The notes under the pieces were generated by a model that was not told the DNA's origin, searched no databases, and saw nothing but the letters and a program-made list of their open reading frames with translations. A program made the translations under genes and the position numbers. From assembly GCF_036365525.1 (NCBI RefSeq), contig NC_090377.1:115260519-115324518 (forward strand): a stretch of 64,000 nucleotides of DNA. The letters are read 5' to 3'. Below are positions 1 through 13,200 of this stretch, in pieces (within the stretch, counting starts at the first letter, position 1; every line of letters starts with the position of its first letter). Source of the stretch: Heterodontus francisci. Taxonomy: Eukaryota.

Positions 1-765
1 TTGGTAGGAAAAACAAGGAGAGGCAATATAAATTAAAGGGTACAATTCTAAAGGGGAAGCAGGAGCAGAGGGACCTGGGGATATATGTGCACAAATCATT
101 GAAAGTTGCAGGGCAGGTTGAAAAAGCCGTTAATAAAGCACATGGGATCCTGGACTTTATAAATAGGGGCATAGTGTACAACAAGGAAGTTAAGATAAAT
201 ATACCTGTATAAAACACTGGTTTGGCCTCAACTGGAGTATTGTGTCCAGATCTGGGCACCACACTTTAGGAAGGATGTTAAGGCTTGACAGAGAGTGCAG
301 AAAAGATGCATGAGAATTGTCCCAGGGATAAGGAACTACAGTTACATGGATAGGTTGGAGAAACTGGGGCTGTTCTCCATGGAGAAGGGAAGATTAAGAG
401 GAGATTTGAGACAGGTGTTCAAAATAATGAGGGGACTGGACAGAGTAGATGAGAAGAAATTGTTCCCACTGGCAGAAGGATCCAGAACCAGAGGACACCG
501 AATTAAAGTGATTGGCAAAAGAAGCAACAGTGACATGAGGATAAACTTTTTAATGCAGTGAGTGGTTAGGATCTGGAATACACTGTCTGAGAGTGTGGTG
601 GATGCAAATTCAATTGAAGCTTTCAAAAGAGAATTGGATAATTATCAGAAGAGAAAAAATTTGCAGAGATATGGGAAAAAAGCAGGGGAGTGGGACCAGG
701 TGAGTTGTTCTTGTGGAGAGTCGGCACTGACTCAACGGGCTGAATGGCCACTTTCTGTGCTGTAA
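1..765 (+). mobile_element. CR1-clade LINE 3' fragment
   Basis: ORF pieces LEYCVQ..WAPH, 'RLEKLGLFSMEKGRLRGDL' and 'RTRGH', typical of the CR1 ORF2 C-terminus; frameshifted. Confidence 0.85.
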
Positions 766-774
766 CCAGCCTCC

Positions 775-3420
775 AACAGTTGCCAGGGAGAGGGATGGAG
801 TCGGTAGTTATGGAATGGAGTTTGTTGCAGGGACTGAAGACAATGGCTTCAGTATTCCCAATATTTAATTGGAGGAAATTTCTGCTCATCCAGTACTGGA
901 TAAGCAGTCTGACAACTTAGAGATGGTGGAGGGCTCAAGAGATAGGTGAGGTCGAGCTGGGTATCATCTGCGTACATGTGGAAACTGACACTGTGCTTTT
1001 GGATGATGTTGCTGAGGGACAGCATGTAGCTGAGAAACAGGAGGGGTCTGAAGATAGATCTTTGGGGTATACCAGAGGCGAAGGGGAAGAGAAACCATTG
1101 ATGGCGATTCTCTGGCCAAGATGAGATAGATAAGAATTGAATCAGTTGACAGCAGTGCCACTCAGCTGAATGATGGTGGAGGGGTATTGGAGGAGGATGG
1201 TGTGGTCAACTGTGCAAAAGACTGCTGACAGATCGACAAGGACGAGGAGGGATAGTTTACCTTTGACACAGTCACATAGGATGTCATTTGTGACTTTGAT
1301 AAGAGCTGTTTCGGTACTGTGGCAGAGGTGGAAACCTGATTGGAGGGATTCAAATGTGAAGCTCTGGGAAAGATGGGCACGAATGTGGGAAGCAACAACA
1401 CGTTTGGAGAGGAGAGGAAGTTTGGAGATGGAGCAATAGTTTGTAAGGACGGAGAGGACAAGGATTGTTTTTTTTTAGGAGAATAATGACGGCAGATTTA
1501 AAGGAAAGAGGGACAACACCTGAAGAGAGAGAACCGCTAATAATATCGGCTAACATAGATACCAGGAGGGGAAGCTGGGTGGTCAGCAGTTTAATGGGAA
1601 GAAGGTCAAGAGAGCAGGAGGTGGGTCTCATGGACAAGATGAGCTTGAGGGGAGATAGGAGAGAAATTAGAAAAAGTTGCAAGTTTAGGGCTATGGCTGG
1701 GTGGGGGAAGGGAGGGGAGATCTTTAGAGGAAATTTGGCCTGGTGGGCTAGGGGAAGGGAGAGAAGTGACAGAGAAAGATGATCGGATGGTCTCAATCTT
1801 AGTGACAAAGAAATCCATGAGCTCTTTGTACTTATTGTTGGAGGTGAGGGTGGAGGAGACAGGGGAAAGGGGTTTAAGAAGACGGTTTGCAGTAGAGAAA
1901 AGAAGCCGGGGGCTATCTTTGCATTCCAGGATGATCTGGAATAGTGACCAGTTTTAGCAGATGAGAGCAGGACCTGACAGTGCTTTACGCCAGATCTGGT
2001 GGTGAATGGCTAAACCAGTTGTCCGCCATATCTGTTTAAGTCTGTATCCCTTGGACTTAAGAGAGAGATGAGAGCCATATCAGGGGTAACGGCCAGGGTG
2101 AGAGAGGGTAATGGTTTTAATGGGGATTAGGGCATCGAAGGGGGAGGTGAGGGTGCGGTTGAGCAAATCAATAGCTGCAGAACTGTTGTGGTGAATGGAG
2201 GGTCAAGTAGCTGGACAGTTGGGATTTTAAAAGTGCAATTCTAAGTGAACTGGGGGAGAGTTTTTGCCAGGGGCTGATACAAAAGGAAGTAGGGTTCGAA
2301 GGGGGAATGAGGATGTGGGTGGGAGAGTGATACAAGGAAGTGATCAGAGATGGCCTTATCTGTGATTGATACTATGGGGGTTACAAAACCACATAAGATG
2401 GCAAACTCAAAGGGGGTGGCTGTGAATATGGGTTGGGGAGTTTACATGGAGGGAGAGGTTAAGGTTGGATAAGAGGGCAGTGAACTCAGAGGAAAGAGAG
2501 CATGATGAGTTGAGATGGAGGTTGAAATCATTGAGAATAAGAGGTTGCTCGGTGCAGCGGGGGGGAAAGCAGTGAAGATATCTCGGTGAGAAAATTGGCA
2601 TGGTACTTGGATGGGCGGTACAGAACCAGGATTTTAAATGAGTGGCGAGAGGGGTGGAACTAGGTGAGATGCTCAAAGGAGGAGAAAGTGCCAGAGGAGT
2701 AAGGGGACAGACCAAGGTGCGATTTGATTATAAGAGCCACACTGCCACCGCAACAGTCTGGGAGAGGCAAGTGGTGAAGGGTATAGCCAGGCAGGAAGGC
2801 ATCAGTTAAAGGGAAGGTGTCATCACCCCAGAGCCAGGTTTCCGTCAAGACCAAGTTTGTTGATGCAATCATTCAAAATAAGTTCATGGATTGCAAGGGT
2901 CTTGTTCTTGAATGAACGGACATTCTGGAAGGAGATGTGGAGAGGGAGGTGATAACTGGACCACTAGCAGACTGCATAGGATCAGCACAGGGAAGAGTGA
3001 GTTAGACAGAGGAGAAGATTGGAAAGATCAGCCCCCAGCCAGCATGCTGGGTGCGGAGGTCGGTGAGATGGTAGGATGGGGTAGTTGTGGTTGCTACTCT
3101 TCAGGAGGCAGTGACAGGTTACTTGATGGGTCCTTTGGAGAATGCCAAAAGAAGCATAGAGGGAAGCTGTAGACTTATCTCAGAGGGAGTTAAGCCTGGG
3201 ATGGCGACTGGAGAGCAGGAAGGTCGAGGAGTACTGAAGGATTGGGGTATGGATTTTGGAAGTCAGTGTACCCGAGAGGAGAGAAATGAAAGAAGGCGTA
3301 ACGACAGGAGTTAGAAGGGTCGAGGAGGGGTAGAGAGAAAATAAATAAAAAGAGGGAAGAAAATAATAAAGTGGAAATGGAAGTGATGGGTTTGGGTCCG
3401 GTGTGGCAGCCAAAGTGCAC
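775..3420 (-). mobile_element. L2-clade LINE, degraded (APE endonuclease + RT remnants)
   Basis: Minus-strand fragments 'LVLTETWL', 'LILNDFNLH', 'PTSCSLDLLP', 'GVVPLSFKSAVI', typical of L2 ORF2. Confidence 0.8.
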
Positions 3421-4059
3421 CACTCAAGTTACAAAGGCTGCTTACAAGCATTAACAGCAATTCATATATCCTAGTAGTGACCAAGGAATAGAGACAATAG
3501 GTGAGAGTCCAAAGTTAAAGTCATAAGTCCTGCAATGGGTTAAAGTTAACAAAGCTAATTGGGAGTCAGTGCGCAGCATCAACAAATCGTTGTCCAAGTT
3601 CAGAGACAGGTGTGGCGGGCAAGTGGAGTCCAGAAGTTATTTGAAGGCTGGAGTATCAGAGGACGCACTGATGAAGGAATTCCCATTGGAATAAACATCC
3701 AGGACAGGTGCAGAATCAGTTGCAGGGCAGATGATGACGATCATTGGAGAGATATACAGTTCTGGAAAGAGCACAGCATTAGAGGAGCCATTTAGAACTG
3801 TGTGGCACTAGAGAGGGCACTGTGCCATTCCCCGCCCCAATCCCAATACCTAATCCCATTCACAATACCCAATCCAAGACCATTCCCTATACCCTAAACC
3901 ATTCCCTGCACCAATCCTATAGGATCATAGGAGCAGGAATAGGCCATTCGGCCCTACGAGCCTGCTCCGCCAAATCTCCGATAGCCAATTCCATTTCCTG
4001 ACCCAATTCCATTGCAAGTCCTGATCCCATTCCCAATACCCGATTATTATGTCTCAGTC

Positions 4060-4130
4060 CCTCCCACTGCGCCTAAGCGCTTCCGGTGCAGCAGACAGTG
4101 TTTCCGGTTCATGTGGTAGACGTTTTGACC
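4060..4130 (+). promoter_or_regulatory. NDUFB3 CpG-rich proximal promoter/5'UTR
   Basis: CpG-rich stretch with ETS/GABP-type CTTCCGG (4080-4086) and TTTCCGG (4101-4107) just upstream of the ATG; typical of OXPHOS genes. Confidence 0.55.
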
Positions 4131-4243
4131 ATGGGAGCTGGGCCGGAGCTGCCGGATTACCGGAGCTGGAAGGCAGAGGAGACCCCGCTGGAGGCTGTAC
4201 AGGAGAGGCTGCGGCGGCGGGGCCTGCGGGACCCCTGGGTTCG
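4131..4243 (+). CDS. NDUFB3: NADH:ubiquinone oxidoreductase subunit B3, coding exon 1
   Basis: [37 protein letters not shown](R) resembles NDUFB3 'ELPDYRQWK..TPLE..GLRDPW.R'; GT donor at 4244, phase 2. Confidence 0.93.
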
Positions 4244-4419
4244 GTGGGTGACTGAGAGGGGGCGGTGGGGTAGGGGAAGAACTATCTATGTGACCTCTGT
4301 ATGTGCCTGATTTTTGAGGTTAACTGTGTGTTGTCCATGCCGTGATATTCTGCACTAAGGTTGCGTGGCCTGATTACATTGAGTCTACAGCACCGAGCAG
4401 GCCATTTCCCCACCCTCAC

Positions 4420-4860
4420 TCAACAGTGGCTAGCCCTGTTGCCTCTGAGCCAGAAGGTCATGAGTTCAAGTTCTCCAAAAAAAAATGCAGCAAAAAATCA
4501 AGGCTGATACTACAGTGCAGTACTGAGGGAGTGCTGCACTGTCGGAGATGCCGTCCTTTGGATGAAACTTCAAACAGAAGCCCCATCTGCTCCCTCAGGT
4601 AAACTCAATAGATCCCCTTACGCTATTTCAAAGAAGGGTAGGGGAGTTATCCCTGATGTCATGCTCTTCAATCAACATCACAAAAAGAGATTATCTGGTC
4701 CTTATATTGTTTTTGAGACCTAGCTGTGCACAAATTGCCTGTGGCGTTTCCTACATTACAACAGTGGTTATGCTGCAAGCGCCCCCACTTCCTGGATTGT
4801 AATACACTTTGGGACGTTCTGAGATCAAGAAAGGTGGTGTATAGATGCGTCATTCTTTTT
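4420..4860 (+). mobile_element. tRNA-derived Deu-domain SINE (SacSINE1/AmnSINE-like)
   Basis: tRNA-like head (GAGTTCAAG) then GCAGTACTGAGGGAGTGCTGCACTGTCGGAG core; related copies at ~5560-5750 (-) and ~31430-31830 (+). Confidence 0.65.
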
Positions 4861-4869
4861 AACTGGTCC

Positions 4870-5400
4870 CTGTCAGTGTTTATGCTCTGCACAAGTCTCC
4901 AGCCACTCTACTTATCTTGCCCTATTAGCAACATCCTTCTATTCCTTTTACCCTTGTGTTTATGTAGCTTTTAAATGCATCTGTGTTATTTGCCTCATCA
5001 ATTCCCTGTGGTAGCGAGTTCCACATTCTCGCTACTCTCTGGGCAAAGAGCTTTCTCCTGAATTTCCTTTTGGATTTATTAGTGACAATCTTATATTTAT
5101 AAACCCTAGTTCTGGTCTTCCCCACAAGTGGAAACATCTTTCCAGCTACCCTATGAAACCTTTTCACAATTTTAAAGAACTGTATCAGGTCACTCCTCAG
5201 TCTATGCTTTTCTAGAGAAAATAGACCCATCTGTTCAATCTTTCCTGATAGTTATAACCCCTTGGTTTTATTATCCTTGCAAATCTCTTTCACTTTCTCC
5301 AGTGCCTCTATGCCCTTATGACATGGAGACCAGAAATATGTGCAGTACTCGAAGTGTGTTCCATACAAGTTTAACATAAGTTCTGTGCTTTTCAATTCCA
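4870..5400 (-). mobile_element. CR1 LINE 3' fragment
   Basis: 'GLFSLEKHRLRSDL..RTR..WNSLP' on the minus strand. Confidence 0.8.
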
Positions 5401-6094
5401 TGCTTCTCCATTCTAATTGGTTTTATCAATACTGAAAATTTGTTTGGAACACTTGGAGGCATGCTGGTTACTGAGCTGCTGTGAGCATTTGTTGATGTTG
5501 ATTGCAGGGCGAAAGTACTGACCAGCTCCAGCTGCAGATTCTCTGCTGGTTGGAGTAGGGTTGAGGGATAAATATTGGTTAGAATACTGGGGCTAACTCC
5601 CCTGCTGCTCTTAAAATAGTGCTGTGGGATCTTTTACATCTACCTGAGAGGTGGACAGGGCCTTGGTTTAATGTCTCACCTGAAAGACGGTGCCTCCAAC
5701 AGTGCAGCACTCCTCAGTACTGCACTGGGACTGTCAGCCTAGATTTTTGTTAATTAGGACGATTTGGAGCCTTACGAAAACTCAGCAGTAATTGTGCCTA
5801 TTTGGAAGTGTGCACGCTCTTGATCATGGGCAGTTGCTAAGAGCAATGTCTGTGTGATCCTTCTCCCTCTGACTGTTCACCTTTCCCACTGGCAGGGACA
5901 GGTCTATGTAAGCCCAGCTGTCTGATGGCTGCCTCACTGACCTATGCCCAGGGTGCCACGTGACCGCAAAGCACCGCCACCACTGACTGCTCACAAACTA
6001 CTTAGCACCTGGAGACAGGAAGCAAAGCAGGCATACAAGCCAGCATGCAGAGGAATACTACTGCATGACGCATTGGCTAGACTTCTAGCTGTAC

Positions 6095-6580
6095 ACAGCC
6101 TTGGTCAGACTCTATCTGGAATGCTGCAATCAGTTCTGGACGTGGCACCTCAGGAAGATTATATTGACCTTGAAGGATGTAGAGTGCATATTCACCAGAA
6201 TGATAACAGGGCTAAAGGGGTTAAGTATGAGAAAGGATTGCATATATTCCCTTCAGTTTAGGAGGTTGAGGGGTGATCTAATTGAGGCGTTCAGAATGTT
6301 AAATGACTCTATAGGGGAAATAACTTTGAAATTAGAGCCCCACTCCATTTAGGAGTGGAATCAGGAAGTATTTCTTCACAAAGGATGTAGAAATCTGGAA
6401 CTCACTCCTCCAAAAGGCTGAACTGAAATTTTCAAGACTGAAGTAGATTGATTTCTTTTGTGTATAAGGCTATTAAAGGATATAGTGCAAAGGTGGGTAA
6501 GTGGAGTTGAGGTACAGATCAGCCATGTTCTGATTGAATAGCGGAACAGACCAGCAACTGAATTGCCTCCTCCTGTTCCA
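6095..6580 (+). mobile_element. CR1 LINE 3' fragment
   Basis: 'VRLYLECCNQFW..RRLRGDLIE'. Confidence 0.75.
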
Positions 6581-7660
6581 CATGTAAGCCAACGACACCC
6601 AGCTGTACCTCACCACCACCCGTCTCAACCCCTCCACTGTCTCCATATTGTCATACAGCCTATTTGACATCCAGTACTGGATGAGTAGAAATTTCCTCCA
6701 ATTAAATATTGAGAAGACCGAAGCCATTGTCTTCTGTCCCCACCACAAACTCTTCCCTAGCTACCAACTCCATCCTTCTCCCTGACAACTGTCTTGAGAC
6801 TGAACCAGACTGTTCAACCTTGCTTTTCCCACTCCCTCTGCCCTCCAACTGCACAGTCTTCACACTTGCCCATCCCTCTCCCAGGATTTTCCTTCAGGCT
6901 GTCTATTGTCACCAGTCCAAACAGCAAATCAGTAATTTGTGTTGCTGTTGCTATTGGAAGCCTGTTGTTCAGCTGTTCTAAATATACTTGACTGCACGGC
7001 AGAGCTTGTGGCAGGATTGACCAAGTTTATACCCTCAGGTATTTGACCCTCAGATGAGCTTCCATCGCTAAGACTGCCTATTTCCACCTCTGTAACATCG
7101 CCTGTCTCCATCCCTGCCTCAGCTCATCTGCTGCTGTAAAGCTTATTCATGCCTTTGTTACCTCCAGACCTGACTATTCCAATGGTCTCCTGGCTGGCCT
7201 CCCATGTTTCACCCTCCATAAACTTGTAGTCATCCAAAATTCTGCAGCCTATATCCAAATTCACAGCAAGTCCCGTTCACCCATCTCCCTTGTGTTCACT
7301 GACCTACATTAGCTCCCGGTTGAATGACATCTCGATTTTAAAGTTCTCATCCTTGTTTTCAAATCCAACCGTGGCCTCGCCCTCTCCTAGCACTATAATC
7401 TTCCCCCAGCCTTACAACCCTCTGAGATCTCTGTGCTCCTCTTGCGCATCATCGATTTTATACATTGTGCCATTGGCAGCCGTGCCTTCAGCTGCTAGGG
7501 CCCTAAACTCTGAAATTTCCCCTCTCAACCTCTCTCTTTGCTCCTTTAAGAGTAAACCTACCTCTGGCCATCTACCCTGATAGTTCCTTACGTGACTTGG
7601 TGACAGATTTTGTTGACACTCCTGCGAAGCACCTTGGGGCATTTTACTATGTTAAAGGTT
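6580..7660 (+). mobile_element. L2 LINE 3' fragment interrupted by a ~210-bp insert
   Basis: Degenerate YADD motif (gccaacgacacccagctg), 'FLQLNI.KTE', L2 3' tail; continuity broken at ~6825-7038. Confidence 0.7.
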
Positions 7661-8305
7661 TTTAAAAAATCTTTCATGGGATGTGGGCGTCACTGGCAAG
7701 ACTAGCATTTGTTGCCCATCCCTAATTGTCGTTGACAACTGAGTGGCTTGTTGGGCCATTTCAGAGGGCAGTTAAGAGTCAAGCACGTTGCTGTGGGTGT
7801 GGAGTTGCATGTAAGCCAGACCAGGTAAGGATGGCAGATTTCCTTCCATAAGGAGCATTGGTGAACGAGATGGGTATTTACGACAATTGATAGTCTCAGT
7901 AATGGTGATTATGAAACTCACTTTCAGTTCCAGATTTTCATTAGTTAATTGAATTTATTAAATTCCACCAGCTGCTGTGGTGGGATTTGAACCTGTGTCC
8001 CCCTGGGTATTAGCCTGGGCTTGTGGAGTACTAGTTCAGTGACATTGCCACTACGTCACTGTCTCTCTGACCTATATAACAAGTTGTTGATCAGTTGGGC
8101 ATTAGTGATTTCCCCCTTTCTTTGAGGCATTGGTTGTCTATTGTCACCAGTCTCAACAGCAAACCAGTGATTTGGCTGCAATTGGTATTGGAAGTGCGTC
8201 CTTCAGCTTCTCTAAGTACATGTGACTGCGTGATGGAGTTGTGCCAGGGTTGACAGAGTTCATAGCCAATCCCTTAACTATTTTCTTTGCCTTGTATCTT
8301 CACAG

Positions 8306-8462
8306 CAATGAGGCCTGGAGGTTCAGTGGAGGCTTTGCTAAACCAATTGCCTTTAGCGATATCTTCTTTCGAGGCTTCAAGTGGGGGTTTGCAGCATTTG
8401 TTGTGGCTTTGGGTGTCGAATATGCACTATTATCTCCCAAGAAGAATGGAGGACATCACTAG
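8306..8462 (+). CDS. NDUFB3: NDUFB3 coding exon 2
   Basis: Pyrimidine tract + cacag acceptor; (R)[51 protein letters not shown]; phase matches exon 1. Confidence 0.95.
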
Positions 8463-8575
8463 AGAATGAAAACTGGAGAGCATTGCAATTATGCGGAACT
8501 TTCAGCATCTCCCCACCTTTCCACAGTCGGTGGGCTGTAACTAGTGTATGAGATGAGAAGCAAACTTCTGTATAG

Positions 8576-8581
8576 AATAAA
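8576..8581 (+). terminator. NDUFB3 poly(A) signal
   Basis: AATAAA 113 nt after the stop, followed by U-rich sequence. Confidence 0.7.
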
Positions 8582-8739
8582 ACAATCTTGAATCTGCATC
8601 TGTGCGCTCAATCATATGTTTCTTTTGCAGGTTTTTCTCCATTGATTTCCTCTCCCTCTTTACTCGTGAAGCTGGTGACTATCCTATACCTGTTGCAGTG
8701 CTCATTCTTGTTTTTCCAGAGGGAACTGCGCCATTAGCT

Positions 8740-9640
8740 CTGGTGTTCTCCCAAGGATCTATCCTTGATTCTGTCCTATTGCTCATTTACATGCTGCTCC
8801 TCAGTGACGTCATCCAAAGGCAAGTCAGGTTCCATGTGTATGCTGACGACACCCAGCTATAGCTCTCCACCACCTTTCTTGACCCCTCCACTGTGCTGTC
8901 CAATGGATGAGCTGCAATTTCCTCCAGTTAAAGATTGGGAAAACTGAAGCCTTTACCTTTGGTCCACACCTCTGCCTCCAACCCCTCCCTCGCCACGATC
9001 CAGGCTGTTTGCAATGTCAGTATCCTATTTGACCCTAAGGTGAGCTTCTGACTCCCATATCCTTTCCAGCACCAAGAACACCTACTTCCACGTCTGTAAC
9101 ATCACTGATTTCTGCCCATTTTGGATGAGGGTTTCAGCAGCACATTTATCACTTCCAGACTATTTCAATGCTCTTCTGGCCGGCTTCCCATCTTCCACCC
9201 TACAAAAGCTTGAGCTCGCCCAAAACTGCTGCCTATTTCCTGGCTCACATCGAGTTCCATTCACCCATCACCCTCTGCTCACTGACCTACATTGGCTCCC
9301 AGTCCCCGAATGTCTCTGTTTTAAATTTCTCATCCTTGTGTTCAAATCCTTCTATGAGCTCACCCCTCCCTATCTCTAACCTCCTTGAGCCCTACAACTC
9401 TATACACTATTTCTTGTCCACCCCTGACTGCCTTCACCCCAGCCTTTGGCCATCTAGGCCCTAATTTCCACTGTAAACCCCTCTGCCTCTCCACCTTCTC
9501 CCCCTTTTAAGAATCTCCTTAAAGTTTTTGACCCAGCTTTTACTCACCCATCCTAATATCTCCTTTGCTCATTCAGTTGTTTTGTCTAATTTACACCCCT
9601 GCAAAGTACTTGGTATGTTTTGTGACTTTAAAATTGCTAT
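8740..9640 (+). mobile_element. L2 LINE 3' fragment
   Basis: 'QGSIL..YADDTQL', 'LTDLHWLPV' motifs. Confidence 0.8.
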
Positions 9641-9894
9641 TTGACCATAGCAGCATCACTTCACTGCTATTGTCACCCAGTGTCCATATATCTGCAGTTT
9701 AAGCAGGGGCATTAAGGCCAACTACAACACCCCAAGGCCACTTGTGCTGATGGCTTAAGTTGTTGAGACCAGATAGGGAACTTAATACCTTCCTGATCTG
9801 TGTGGTTAATTAATGTGGTCAGTCACTGCAGGAACACAAATGCAATATTTAAACACCCTGTACAGTGTTGGAGGAATCTTTGCAAATTTTCTCT

Positions 9895-10011
9895 AATGGA
9901 ATTCCCCTTTACTACACAAACGGTTATGTTAGTGACTCAAGTGATTTCCGGTTCTGTGTTAGTAGATCTTTGGATTGACTGTTGGAAGCTCCGAAAGTGC
10001 TGGTGGTAAGT
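9895..10011 (+). promoter_or_regulatory. Candidate inducible promoter and non-coding first exon of CFLAR (distal)
   Basis: NF-kB site GGAATTCCCC (9898-9907), AP-1 TGACTCA (9933-9939), ETS TTCCGG (9946-9951), consensus donor GTG|GTAAGT at 10005/10006. Confidence 0.45.
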
Positions 10012-10223
10012 CTGGCTGCAAGAGGTCCAGTCTGTTGTTTGGGGGAGGGAAAAAAATAATGAAAGTCATGGCCAGAGTCTGCAGGAACAAAGTGGATGTG
10101 TGCAAGTTAATCTTTGGTGCAAATCAATGAGGTGACAGCAAGCTATGTGCTGAGTCGTTCAGCGGAACAGGTACCAGTACAAGGCTCTGACTCCTCCTTC
10201 CTGTGCACAGTGCAGTGAAATAC

Positions 10224-13200
10224 AGGGGGTGTGGGGGATGGGATGGAGGGTGGGTGGTTGATGGGGGGGGGATTGGATGGGGGTGATTGGGGGGTGGAAG
10301 GGGTTTGATGGGTGGTTATGGGGGATGGGGGATTGATGGGAGATGGGGTGGGTTGAGGGTTTGATGGAGCGGGTGATGAGGGATTGGGGATGGGGGTGAT
10401 TGAGGGGGTTGATGGGGATGAGGGGTGATGGTGAATGGGTGTGATCGGTGGGTGGTTGGGGATGATATGGGGTTTGATGGGGGTGGGGGGAGTGATTGGG
10501 GGTTTGATGGGGGTGGGGGGTAATTGGGGGATTTGAAGGGGTGGAGATTGGGGGGTTTGATGGGGAAGAGGGGATGGGGGAAGGTTGGAATTTGAAGGGG
10601 AAGAGGGGGTGTGTGTTGGGGATGGGGATGGAAGGGGGTGGAGAAGATGGGATGTTGAAGGGGAAGGGGGGGTGTTGATGGGGATGGGGGGGAAGGTGGG
10701 GGTGTTGGGGATGGGATGTGTTGGGGGGGGGATGGGGTGTGTGTTGGGAGGGATGGGGGAAGGGTGGGTGTTGGGGGAGGGGGGCATTGATGGGGATGCG
10801 GGGGAAGGGAGGTGGTGTTGGGGATGGGGGGGGAAGGGAGGTGGTGTTGATGGGGATGGGGGAGAAGGGAGGTGATGTTGATGGGGAAGGGGGTGTGGAT
10901 GGGGTGGAAGAGGGGGGTTGTTGATGGGGAAGGGGGTGTTGGGGGGGGGAAGGGGGTGTTGATGGGGAAGAGGGGGGTTGTTGATGGGGAAGGGGGGTGT
11001 TGGGGGGGAAGGAGGTGTTGATGGGGAAGAGGGGGGTTGTTGATGGGGAAGGGGGGTGTTGGGGGGGGAAGAGGGGGGTTGTTGATGGGGAAGAGGGGGG
11101 TTGTTGATGGGGAAGGGGGGTGTTGGGGGGGGGAAGGAGGTGTTGATGGGGAAGAGGGGGGTTGTTGATGGGGAAGAGGGGGGTTGTTGATGGGGAAGGA
11201 GGTGTTGATGGGGAAGAGGGGGGTTGTTGATGGGGAAGGAGGTGTTGATGGGGAAGAGGGGGGTGTTGATGGGGAAGAGGGGTGTTGACGGGGGAAGGGG
11301 GGAAGAAGGGGAGTGTTGACGGGGGGAAGAAGGGGAGTGTTGACGGGGGGAAGAAGGGGAGTGTTGACGGGGGAAGGGGGGAAGAAGGGAGTGTTGACGG
11401 GGGAAGGGGGGGGTGTTGACGGGGGATGGGGGAAGTGGGGATGGGGATGAAGGGGAAGTAGGGATGGGGATGAAGGGAAAGGGGAGATGGGAAGGGGGGG
11501 AATTGGGGATGGGGATGAAGGGAAAGGGGAGATGGGAAGGGAAAGGGGAGATGGGAAGGGAAGGGGGGAATGGGGATGGAGGGAAGGGGGGAATTGGGGA
11601 TGAAGGGAAGGGGGAGATGGGAAGGGAAGGGGGAGATGGGGATGGAGGGAAGGGGGGAATTGGGGATGGAGGGAAGGGGGGAATTGGGGATGAAGGGAAT
11701 GGGGAGATAGGGAAGGGGGGAATTGGGGATGAAGGGAAGGGGGAGATGGGAAGGGAAGGGGGAGATGGGGATGGAGGGAAGGGGGGAATTGGGGATGAAG
11801 GGAAGGGGGAGATGGGAAGGGAAGGGGGAGATGGGGATGGAGGGAAGGGGGGAATTGGGGATGAAGGGAAGGGGGAGATGGGGATGGAGGGAAGGGGGGA
11901 ATTGGGGATGAAGGGAAGGGGGAGATGGGGAAGGGAAGGGGGAGATGGGGATGGAGGGAAGGGGGGAATTGGGGATGAAGGGAAGGGGGAGATGGGGATG
12001 AAGGGAAGGGGGAGATGGGGAGATGGGAAGGGAAGGGGGAGATGGGGATGGAGGGAAGGGGGGGGGGAATTGGGGATGGGGATGAAGGGAAGGGGGAGAA
12101 GAGAAGGGAAGGGGGAGATGGGGATGGAGGGAAGGGAAGGGGGAGAAGGGAAGGGAAGGGGGAGAAGGGAAGGGGGGGATGGAGGGAAGGGAAGGGGGAG
12201 ATGGGGATGGAGGGAAGGGAAGGGGGGGAATTGGGGATGGGGATGAAGGGAAGGGGGGGAATTGGGGATGGAGGGAAGGGAAGGGGGTTGTGGATGGGGG
12301 GATGGAGGGAAGGGAAGGGGGGTGTGGATGGGGGAATGGAGGGAAAGGAAGGGGGGGTGTTGGTGGGGAAGGGGGGGTGTTGGGGAAGGGGAGATGGGGA
12401 TGGGGGAGACGTGGGGATTGATGGGGATGGGGGGAAGGGGAGAGGTTGATGGGGATGGGGGGGCGAAGGGGAGAGGTTGATGGGGATGGGGGGGCGAAGG
12501 GGAGGGGTTGATGGGGATGGGGGGGCGAAGGGGAGGGGTTGATGGGGATGGGGGGGCGAAGGGGAGGGGTTGATGGGGATGGGGGGGCGAAGGGGAGGGG
12601 TTGATGGGGATGGGGGAAGGGGAGGGGTTGTTGGGGATGGGGGGAAGGGGAGAGGTTGATGGGGATGGGGGGGCGAAGGGGAGGGGTTGATGGGAATGGG
12701 GGTAAGGGGAGATGGGGCTGGGGGAGACGTGGGGATGGATGGGGGGAAGGGGGGGTTGATGGGAATGGGGGGAAGGGGAGATGGGGCTGGGGGAGACGTG
12801 GGGATTGATGGGGATGGGGGGAAGGGGAGGTTGATGGGGATGGGGGCGGGGGGAGGTTGATGGGGATGGGGGGGGGCGAAGGGGAGGGGTTGATGGGGAA
12901 GGGGAGGTTGATGGGGATGGGGGGGCGAAGGGGAGTGGTTGATGTGGAAGTGGGGGTTGATGGGGATGGAGGGGGAAGGGGGGGTTGATGAGGATGGGGG
13001 AAAGGGGGGGTTGATGGGTGATGGGGGTGTTGATGGGGGGGCGTTGATGGCTGATGGGGGGGTTGATGGGTGATGGGGGTGTTGATGGGTGATGGGGGGG
13101 TTGATGGCTGATGGAGGGGTGATGGGGGGTTGATGGGGGTGATTGGGGTGATGGGTGATGGGGGGGTGATTGGGGGGTTGATGGGTGATGGGGGTGTTCA

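Noticed and set aside
10143-12480. Pro-rich and Gly-rich ORFs
   Set aside because: Artefacts of the G-rich low-complexity array
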